This document shows positions 54,683 through 64,000 of a DNA stretch of 64,000 nt, piece by piece. The stretch lies in the NCBI GenBank assembly GCA_013265495.1, contig MU058463.1:3641037-3705036 (forward strand), given 5' to 3'. A model generated the notes under the pieces. The model saw only the letters and a list, made by a program, of their open reading frames with translations, was not told the DNA's origin and made no database searches. The stretch comes from Vicugna vicugna. Its lineage: Eukaryota. How positions within the stretch are numbered: the stretch's first letter is position 1; every line of letters starts with the position of its first letter. Both the position numbers and the translations under genes were made by a program.

Positions 54683-55322
54683 GCAGGAAGTATTATCATC
54701 CCATTTTCACAAAGGGAAAAACTGAGACACATGAAGATTTAAGTTTTTCCCACATGTCTAGTAGTGGCTATGGAGGAATTTAAAGCTGAATAATCTTAAG
54801 TCCAGAATGTGTGCACTTTCCATAACACCAACCACCTTATTGGAACATAGTGGCTGAACTGACATTGGAAGTGACCAGGGAGCACACGGGCCAATTTCTT
54901 CACTGTGAGAGTGAGAAAACTGAAGTCCAAACATGGGGAGTAGCCAGGCCCACTTCACACAGTTAGTGAGGGCAGAGCCAGGCCAGGACCCACATCTCTG
55001 GACTCTGGTCTGATTCCCTTTCCTCTCCCCTATGCCATCCATCTACTTAAGAAAAATAAACAAATCAATGAGTAAGTGTCCCAACCATCCTGGGAAAAGA
55101 ACTGTGCACTGCATGAATCAGAGTGACCTCCGTTATATTTGAAATTAACTGACCAAAACCTTAAACATTTTACATATGAGGTCATGGAGGCTTCATGGCT
55201 CTTCTTGAACTACCATTGATACATTGGCACTCTAGCAGCGTCTGTCTGCTGAAATGATGATTAGATTATGTTTTTACGCATTGGTTAACGTGAAACAAAA
55301 AAAGAGATGCGTATTGCCTTAC

Positions 55323-55382
55323 CCTTGCCCGTTGTTTCCTGTTCTTGGATTCGCTTTGATGAGATTGTCGAGGTCTTTGGAA
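55323..55382 (-). CDS. SCEL: Sciellin repeat exon SKDLDNLIKANPRTGNNGQ
   Basis: tttaaag| ... GG|gtaagg, 60 bp. Confidence 0.92.
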
Positions 55383-56022
55383 CTTTAAACAAAAAAGACA
55401 AACAAAAACATAATAAATGAAAATGGAATTAAGTCAAGTAAGTACTTTAAATTAAAGATACATGTGCTCAAGATGAATTTTATTATTAAGTTTTGAGAGA
55501 AATCAATCCCAGTCTATGTCCTCATGTAAAGAGTAAAAAATTTGACCTCCATACAAATCATTGGTATACTAGCTCAGTTTCCCATTTACCTTCAAAATAA
55601 AATCATTAAATCAGAGCAAGACTGAGTTAAAAAAAAATAAATTCAGGAACTAGTTGCTGAAAATTCTCACCTGGCTGGCACTTTTCAGTATTCCATCTAA
55701 TGCTGTAGATAAAACTAAACTATGTTTTGTTAATAATTCCAGTTGTAGTGTCTTTTTGCTTTAAAGGGATTTTATATCCATTGTTTCACTTAATTCTTAT
55801 GAAAATCAAATGACAAAGATAGAACAGACACTATGAGCCTCATTTTATAACTAAAGAAGCCTCAGCTCAGTGTTCAAGAGACTTGCTCAAAGGCACCCAG
55901 CTGGTAAGTCATGGAGTTCAGACTTTCTGATTCCAATCCAGATTTTTCAAAACAGTTTCTCTAATGAGAGCCATAAATTAATGCAGATTTTGATGGGAAG
56001 GAAGATAAGACATAATCCTCAC

Positions 56023-56082
56023 CCTGGGTTACCTCTGTTTACTTCAGGACTCACTTTGATGAGATTGTCAAGGCTCTGGCCC
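56023..56082 (-). CDS. SCEL: Sciellin repeat exon GQSLDNLIKVSPEVNRGNP
   Basis: tttaaag| ... GG|gtgagg, 60 bp. Confidence 0.93.
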
Positions 56083-57824
56083 CTTTAAAACATAGAAAAA
56101 ATGATGAGGTTAATGATAGATTAGCACCAAGTGGATAAGAATATTCACTGAAACTCTGAAAAAGCCTAAACCCTCATTGAGATCACACTTAAGAGTTGAA
56201 GGCTGTTAAAGGTGACCATGCAGAAGCATGTAGGGATTTACACATCTCTGAAACTCACTGAGACTCAGCGAGACAGTATTTTCTTCCTGGAGCCATTAGA
56301 CCACTAGCAAATGCTGAACTAGGACTTAATTTTGATTCATTTAATGCTACAATTTTAGCCTTTGCCAGGTGCACTAAACACTTTCTAAGAGTCTGTATAC
56401 ACATTTCATGGAACATTCCAGAAAGCACATCCTCAGCACATTAACTTCCAACATGCTGTAGGACTTCTGAACTTTGGAGAATCCATATTTTGCAAAATTG
56501 TTATTCATTGGCAGATTTTCTGTTTATGACACTGGATTAAGATAAATACACCAACTTGTTCAAATCCATGATATACAAATCTGGTATCTGTTTCTGGTAC
56601 TTCTGTGTGTTAAAACTACAAAGTTTGACTAGTTGTTGTTGACAAGAATCAATAGAAGGATTAAAATCTATACTTATGAAATGTAAGCCATATTTCCTGT
56701 GATATAAAACTCTGTGTAGTCACTGCAAACACGTCAGTATTTGATGGTTACCTGCTAATATGTCTGCTTCTGATCTTGATAGAATTTTGTTTTTCCTACA
56801 GCTTCTACATGTGTTTTCCCACATACACCATACCAGCCAATGCTCTTCTGATCTATGGAGGGTGCCACGTGGGTAAAAAATGCCCACAGAAGGTACTTTT
56901 ACACCATGCACTCCCATGCCCTGTGGCCCTGCTAAGATACAATCACAAAATCTCTGAGATTGTGTCTATGCAACATCAAAGATATAGATATTTGGAACAG
57001 CTGGATGTTGACTCAAGTTTTTATTTGTATCCAGATGTCTGAGAATGTGGTACCCATGCTAAAAGCAGCAATAAAAATTTTGGACTTTTTTCAAAAAAAA
57101 AATTTGGACCTTTTTCATGCAAATAATCAAACTGTTAACCCCAGAATACCTTTTGTTGATTTTGGTGATTTTTGCCTAAACAAAATATGTGGAATTTGAA
57201 TGTCAGTGACTAAGAAAAAAAACTCCCAGAATTCTGTTTCCAGATTTGAGTGCTCAAAAAACCAAACCAAACCATAAATTGGAGCATGGGAACACAGCTA
57301 GCAAGTGACAGAGCCAGAATTTCAACCCAGGTCCTTCGGACTCCCTACTCACATTCACTGCCTCAGGTTACCTGCCTGGAACACCCGGGTAGCCAAGGAC
57401 AACAGTGATTTTGTCTCAGAACTGCACAAGACTCTAACTCACTGGGTGGCTGGGCCTGCAACCACACTGTGCCTCTGGGAACAGGAGAGCCTGACAGTGC
57501 GCACCAGCTTTCAGTGAGAGGAGCCCCTGCTCCACTGAGTGGGCCCGAAGGCATCAGTGACACATTTTAGAATCAACTCAGAATAAAATGTACTGAGCGA
57601 ACTGAATGGAACAGAGTTCAAAAGGAACCACATGGAATTATCTGGTACGCTGTTTTCAGCAAGATGCTGAGAAGCTCAGTTTCAGATATGTTCCATCTGT
57701 TTTTTAAAAAATTAAAAGCAAGAGGACATAAGCTTTCCAGATTTACTTGACAAGCCATGGGTAGGGCAATTCTTTTAACAAAGAACACTTTGTTAAGCTC
57801 TTCATCTTTAAACGTGCACTACAC

Positions 57825-58582
57825 GACATACACATACACATGCTACACACAAATGTGCTACACATGTACACACGCAGTTTTCACATAAACACATCCATGT
57901 ATATCCACATGTACTACTGACACAACCACAGACATACACTTGTTATACATAATACACGTACACTTACACACACACACTACCTATACATACACTTACATAT
58001 ACACACACTGTGATGGTTAATTTCATGGATCAGCTTGACTGGGCCACAGGGTGTCCACATATTTGGTCAAATATTATTCTGGGTGTGTCTGTGAGGATGT
58101 TTTGGGATGAGATTAACATTTGAATCTGTAGACTGAGTAAAGCAGATTGTCTTTCCTAATGTGGGTGGGCCATGACCAATCAGTTGAAGGACTGAATAGA
58201 TGTTACCTGCCTGACTCCTTGACCTGAGTCATTCTTCTCTTGCCCTTGGACTGGAATTTAACCGTGGGCTTTCTTGGTTTCTAGGTCTTCAAACTTGGAC
58301 TGGAGCCACACTACTGGCTCTCTGAGGTCTCTGGCTTGCCAACTATAGATCTTGGGACTTCTCAGCCTCCAAAGGGCACATGCTAATTCCTTATGATAAG
58401 TCTCTTTTTCTCTAAAAATATGTATTCTATTGTTTCTGTTTCTCTGGAGAACCCTGATTAATACACACACATACACTTATACCAGCACACTTCTACATAC
58501 ACACTAACATATACACACATACATTTATACATAACATGCTACTTACACATGCACATACGCACTTACACAAACATACACACAA
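57825..58582. repeat. Degenerate (CA/CATA)n low-complexity tract split by an MLT2 LTR
   Basis: acacatacacac-type text at 57825-58008 and 58466-58582. Confidence 0.8.
58009..58465 (+). mobile_element. MLT2 (ERVL) solo LTR
   Basis: TGTGATGGTTAATTTCATG...CTTGACTGGGCCACAGGGTGTCCA...TCTGTTTCTCTGGAGAACCCTGATTAATACA, with CACAC on both flanks. Confidence 0.9.
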
Positions 58583-58836
58583 AGAAATAAATCATTTAGC
58601 CCACTAGAGAAGGGTAATCAAATTCCCATTTAATTCCTCAAAATCTACCTTATAGTAAACACCAGAGAAAAAAATGCAAGTGTATCACTCATATAGAACT
58701 GCTTAACATGGTGTATTTGGGGGTAAAAGATCTCAATTTGGTTTGAATTTCGATTTACTTTCCTGAATATAAGCACTCAGAATTCCAATGTGTTTATAAA
58801 TGTCAAAGGGAAAATAAAAAGCTTTAAATTACTTAC

Positions 58837-58896
58837 CTCTTGATATTTTTATTTGTTTCAGGATTCACTTTAGTAAGCCCATTGAGATCTTGTTTC
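58837..58896 (-). CDS. SCEL: Sciellin repeat exon KQDLNGLTKVNPETNKNIK
   Basis: ttcaaag| ... AG|gtaagt, 60 bp. Confidence 0.92.
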
Positions 58897-59742
58897 CTTT
58901 GAATAAGGAAATGAGTTTTAATGAATGTCATTAAAATAAAACACTAATCAAGTGAACAATGATTGGAAAAATTAAGAAGTGGTAAATATACCAGTTCTTC
59001 ATCAAATGTAATTTTTATAGCTCTAAATGCAAATGAAAATTCTTCTCTTACATTTTGAGCTGAAGATCGTTTATGTCTCCTTATTTATCAACAAGAAACA
59101 TATGATTTTTGTTTTGTTCTCTAAACACGTAAGTATATGTGAAACTTGCTATTTAACAAAATCAGCTTGGCCCTGAGACACGTCTTGTCAGAACACCCCA
59201 GATGGGTAGCACTGAAGAGATGTAAGGTAGATACAGTTCTATCCTGGATCCAGATAGAATATAAATTTCCATCTAACAAATCAGATATACTTGCTGATTT
59301 TCTTTTTAAATAATAAGAATAATGTTAAGAATAATAGTAGTTTAACAATATTAAAAATGAGGATAAGAAGAATATATGTCTTCATATAAATTCAACCATT
59401 CACCCAATCCAGGCCTTTAAAAATATAATTAGATTATAGTGAGTTATAAGGAGCAACAGAAAAACACCTTACATGGTAGGAAAATTAATGACTCACTTCT
59501 CAGGGAGATATATATTGCCCCCATTGAAATGCACTGTGTAATACCAACAGGGGCATAACCCGGACCCAAAGAAGGCAGTAGAGGAGGGCAGTTGTATCAC
59601 GACTGGGCACTGCTGCCATGTGGACCCAGCCCTGAGGCAGAGGAGTGGTGGAATATTCTTACTCCCAGGGTGTGTACCTGCCCAGCCCCTCCCCTGCTGC
59701 CTTCTGAGAAGTCGATTTTCAAGAGTTTCAGTCAAGCCTCAC

Positions 59743-59799
59743 TCTTGGCTATCTCTGTCATTTTGGAGATCCACTTTTAAAATGTTGTCAAGACTGTGT
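59743..59799 (-). CDS. SCEL: Candidate extra/cryptic sciellin repeat exon HSLDNILKVDLQNDRDSQ
   Basis: Repeat consensus present, donor GA|gtgagg. In frame (57 bp) only from the downstream AG. The canonical-position acceptor at 59803 gives 61 bp and an immediate stop. Confidence 0.45.
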
Positions 59800-60066
59800 C
59801 TTTCTTTAGATACAAAGAAATTCAATTCAGGACCTCATCCCTAAAACTAAATCAAAATCTCAGAGAAAAGGCAACTTACTATTAAACATTGGAACAATTC
59901 TTCAAAAATAAGCAGTTTTATTGGGAGCAAGGAGGGAAGATCATGTGGCCCATCATTATTATCCAGTTCTTTGTTAGTAAAATATATTTGTGAAATTAAA
60001 ATGCCAAATCATTTTATCTTATTGTCATTTACAGAAATGAGATTTAAAGATACTCAGAAGTCTTAC

Positions 60067-60126
60067 CCAGTGGTGTTTTCACTTTCTCTGGAATTCACTT
60101 TGATAATATTATCAAGGTCTTCACTT
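60067..60126 (-). CDS. SCEL: Sciellin repeat exon SEDLDNIIKVNSRESENTT
   Basis: tttaaag| ... GG|gtaaga, 60 bp. Confidence 0.9.
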
Positions 60127-60379
60127 CTTTAAAAAAAGTTTAGATAAGTTTCAAAGTATCCCCACAGTATTTTTACAAACACATTCCATATTAGTGATGT
60201 TATTAATTAATCCAATATAATTCTATATTATTGATGATATTAATTAATTCAATTATACCAGTATTAAATTCATTTTTATTATAAAAATGACCTATTAATA
60301 ATATAGTTAAGTTAATCTCTAGGATTCTATTGAGCTTTATGTAAATTTAAATTTAGATAGACTGTACTGTAGACATTCT

Positions 60380-60505
60380 TTTTGTTTTTTGGGGAGGTAT
60401 AGGTTTATTTACGATTATTATTTATTTAATGGAGGTACTGGGATAGAACCCATCACCTCCTGCATGCTAAGCATGCAGTCTACCACTGAACTATACCCTC
60501 CCCCC
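60380..60505 (-). mobile_element. tRNA-derived SINE (camelid-type, longer tail)
   Basis: Minus strand GGGGAGGGTATAGTTCAGTGGTAGACTGCATGCTTAGCATGCAGGAGGTGATGGGTTCTATCCCAGTACCTCCATT. TSD core AGACATTCT (60371-60379 / 60514-60522). Confidence 0.88.
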
Positions 60506-60657
60506 TTGTACAGAGACATTCTATCTGCCCTGAAAGGGTTCAGACACAGAAGAGAGAAGACAAACTCAAAGATGTGATCCCCCTCAACATACTGAGAAGT
60601 TCACAGTTAACCCAGGAGAAAACTACCAAGATTCAGAAACATCAAGGCAGCTCTCCC

Positions 60658-60717
60658 CTTCTGATGGTTTTATCTGCCCTGGCGTTTGCTTTGATAATCA
60701 TTTTGAGATCTTGGCTT
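60658..60717 (-). pseudogene. SCEL: Sciellin repeat exon with inactivated donor (pseudo-exon) SQDLKMIIKANARADKTIR
   Basis: tccaaag| 60-bp open repeat unit AG|GGGAGAG. GT is absent at the expected donor position. Confidence 0.7.
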
Positions 60718-61242
60718 CTTTGGAAAAAAAAACACGAAAACCTTATGTCAGTTAGGATACACTCAATTTTCTCTGAAATCCGTATAAATAAGAATGTTCC
60801 TGAAAGGGTATCAGATGTTTCCAGGGCCAAATAATCTGAAAACTTTGATGTAATAATCCCTTAGCATATTTTGATTAATTTCCACAGCAGTAATTGGTTT
60901 AAATCAGTTCAGAAAAGCTTCACCAACACATTTCTCACTTTGCAATTTTGTCCTTTATATTTCTTAGTTTAAATATGAACTTTGTCTCATTTTTTAATTA
61001 TTTAAGAAAATATAATACTGGAGATTATGCAACAGGCGTTCCTGCACTTACTTCAATGCATCTCAAACGTGTGGTCCTGTGGAAACAGGATCCACCCTAT
61101 TCCTTTGCCTGCTATCTCTGATTGGCCCCAAAGCACAACAGTTCATCTGTGGCAGAGGAAAGCATAACACACCCGTTTCTAACGAGGTGTGAAACGTTAC
61201 CATGGAAAAAGGGAGCCGCATCACGTTAGGAGCTTTACGGAC

Positions 61243-61302
61243 ACTTTTCCATTTTTGTCAGTCCTCTGATTAACTTTAATAAGACTCCCAAGGTCTTGGT
61301 TT
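61243..61302 (-). CDS. SCEL: Sciellin repeat exon NQDLGSLIKVNQRTDKNGK (weak donor)
   Basis: tacaaag| ... GT|gtccgt, 60 bp. Confidence 0.6.
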
Positions 61303-62580
61303 CTTTGTAACATTGGAGGGGGCCGGGAGGGCAGAGAGAGAGAAAGAAAGACAACAATTCAGTTTCTTCTGACAACAGCAGATTTCTCATAACAGGGCTA
61401 AGCAGTACCTAAAGCATCAGAAGCCTTTAAAAATGTCTAATTCAAGCGGCTCTTCTCATGTAAAATGCTGATGTGCTAACTACCCTCATAGTAAGGACCC
61501 ATCCATTACTCAGCCGTGATTACATCAGTTTACAAGTAAAAGTTCCCTCCAGGCCTCAGATCTTGCTTTCTTTGTCCTTTGAGGGTGGGTTGGTGAGAAA
61601 CTAATTTCAACACGTGTGTTGAAATACTGACTTTTTTAAACGTGGAAATCATTCACATCAGGAGTAGAAATAAGAGGATCAACATTTAAAATCTAAACAC
61701 TTTGAAGATTTAGACAAGTCATGTTAGAGATAACTTTATGATGACCTTAGTACTTTATATGAGTTGACCACAGCCAGTAAAACTTTCACACACCAACAGC
61801 TTAAAGTAATTAGGGAACATGAAAGAGAATCTCTCTAAATTCCCCAATAGTTCAATGCCATTTTCATCTGTCTCTCACTGCAATAAGGCTGTTAACATTT
61901 GAGGTTCCTTCCATATAAGAAAGAAAGATGGGAGAGAGGGAGGGAAGAAGAGACAGGGACTGTGGGCTCTCCCTACTATACCAATGGGACCCCTCATTTC
62001 TGCATCAAATGCCAGTTGCTGTCAAGTTAGCCCAGATTACACATCGCTTCTCTTTTCTCCTTCCGAGCCCACACAGAAATTTACTTGTGACGCTCATCCC
62101 ACTTTTCCTAATTTCCAACACTTTTGTGGAACTTTCTCAACTTCATTTCTTAAAATTTTGAAATCTCATCTTTTCCTACAAAACTCATATAACCACTTAC
62201 AGAGAACTGACTGCTTTCCCATTTCATCTGTTCTCCATTTGAAAAAAAATCACCTGTAATAATGCTTGCACATTCACATTATAGTAACATGTTGTCAATA
62301 CGCATTCAATGTCTGAATGGAGATTGTGATCGCCAACGCTTTTCATTAAACGGACTTTGTTCAGTGTTTTAAATCCGAGAATGTTAAGAAGGCATGCTGC
62401 CAAGATTGACTTGGAAAGCTAGAATACCCGTCTGTGTACAGATTGGCACAGATCAATGGTTTTTAAAGATAACCAGGACAATAGAGACAATTATGTTAGG
62501 AAGGCAAATTTAATGACTAACTGAATACAAGGTAAACGGCCAATCTGGAGAAAAAGCAGTAGAGACTCATAAATCCCTAC

Positions 62581-62640
62581 CCTCTGTCATTCTTAATTGT
62601 TCTGGAGTTTTCTTTAACTAAATTGTCAAAAGATTGATTT
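62581..62640 (-). CDS. SCEL: Sciellin repeat exon NQSFDNLVKENSRTIKNDR
   Basis: ttgaaag| ... GG|gtaggg, 60 bp, open, phase 2-2. Confidence 0.7.
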
Positions 62641-63306
62641 CTTTCAACATGAAAAATAATATCAGTAGTGTAGCTTACTTTCCAGTATATCAGTATCAGT
62701 CTAGAACTCTAAGTTAACCTCTTCAAATGCTATCCATTCAGTTACTGATTGCTAATTAACTCACTCTTTTTTATGATGCAAAATAAATAAAAGCATGGCT
62801 CTTGACCTTGAGATGTTTACAAATATATCGGCAAGATATACATATGAAGTGACTCAATCAAGATTCCAATTGAAAAGGGTCTTAGTATCTTATTAGAAAA
62901 AGAAGACTTCAGCGGTGAGGAGCCATGCTCCCGGCATCAAAATGTCTCATAGTAAATATATTAAGTTCTCAAAGCAACCTACTGCCCACTACTTGTAACA
63001 GCCAGTTAGACATCTTTCACTTTTAGATACAAAAGGGAACTTGGAGATCATCTAGAGCGCACCCTTCATTTTATGGAACGAGGAAACAGAGGTCCTCCAG
63101 GGGTTGAGCAACTTGTCCAGGGTTCTGCAGATTGATGTTGGTGGCAGAGCCAGCATCAAGTTATCCACCCACCCCCTGACCCTGGTCAAGGGCCTGTTCC
63201 ACCAGCCTGTCTGACTTTTGTCTTGAGCAGGAGGTCTCCCCCAGGAAATGGTATACAGTTTAGGACTCAATCAAACAAGCCTGTAAGAGTCTCAGTCAAA
63301 TCTTAC

Positions 63307-63366
63307 GCTTTGCCATCTTTGTCTGTCTGGGGATTCCCAAAGATGAGATTTTCAAGGCTTTTGGCT
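63307..63366 (-). CDS. SCEL: Sciellin repeat exon AKSLENLIFGNPQTDKDGK
   Basis: tttatag| ... GC|gtaaga, 60 bp. Confidence 0.88.
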
Positions 63367-63666
63367 CTATAAAACACAAAGAAACTCAAATAAAAGATTG
63401 CATATTGAAATAAAATTGTCTGGTATCTTGAAAGGTCAGATACAGTAAAAATTTGTCATGAATTGCTCATTTACTCTTACTGAATAGAAGAGCAGAAATC
63501 CTTCTGGGCAATTATGTCTGAACTAAATGTACTATACTGAGTGCATGGCCCCATCTGCTAGTACATTTTATGCCAGAGGATATAACTCCCTCCCAGCTAA
63601 TGTCTGAAAGAATGAAACAAGCAATCTGGGAGATAATATTTTCAGTTTCGAGACAGATGCACTTAC

Positions 63667-63726
63667 CTTTTCTCTGTTGGCTCTGCCTTAAGATTTCCTC
63701 TGAAGAGACCATCAAGACCTTGATTT
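63667..63726 (-). CDS. SCEL: Sciellin repeat exon NQGLDGLFRGNLKAEPTEK (gene continues beyond right edge)
   Basis: tttaaag| ... AG|gtaagt, 60 bp. Confidence 0.9.
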
Positions 63727-64000
63727 CTTTAAATGCATTGAATAAAAAAACCTCGTCAGTGGTCATATAGGATACTTAACTCTTACAAAAACATAGATCA
63801 GTTTACATCTAAGACAGGAAACAGAAAGCTGGTTAGGAAAGGCGAGTCACAATTTTTGAAATCATTTTATGCCAACTAGGCTTTTCCCAGATTCAAATTT
63901 AAATTGCAGTGGACCTAGAGAAAAGAAAAGATAGAAACTGGGGATCCACAAGCCTAAAAGGTCCATGGATGTGCTTTTGGCATTCATGAAGTGATTTGTT

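Noticed and set aside
51539..60505. Three tRNA-like sequences as tRNA genes
   Set aside because: A-rich tails, target-site duplications and broken stems identify them as SINE copies.
38209..63726. Dispersed ~60-bp similar units as a CRISPR-like or non-coding repeat system
   Set aside because: Spacing is irregular (0.14-8 kb), units are bounded by splice signals, and they translate in one phase to sciellin repeats. The sequence is eukaryotic.

Overview
Mammalian genomic DNA. Short tRNA-derived SINEs and the L1 3' ends suggest a camelid (inference from recalled repeat families). Two protein-coding genes lie in tandem on the minus strand. (1) SLAIN1: CpG-island promoter and first coding exon (ATG at 529, running off the left edge, interrupted by a 78-N gap). 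(2) SCEL (sciellin): the 3' part of the gene, comprising 17 small symmetric phase-2 repeat exons or exon relics (51-63 bp, each one ~20-aa 'QDLDNLIKVNP' unit), three linker exons, two LIM-domain exons, a terminal exon (stop at 21852) and a probable poly(A) signal at 20861. About 20 kb of repeat-rich intergenic DNA separates the genes and contains a full-length 7SK retrocopy split by an L1, a near-complete MaLR element and other LTR/LINE relics. Most ORFs in the supplied track are spurious. I found no convincing wholly new biological system. The most interesting signal is exon-level turnover in the SCEL repeat array: one repeat exon has a GT>GG dead donor, one has a weak donor, two are extra relative to the human protein as I recall it, and most share a rare AAAG acceptor. 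Repeat family names are recalled, not from a database search.
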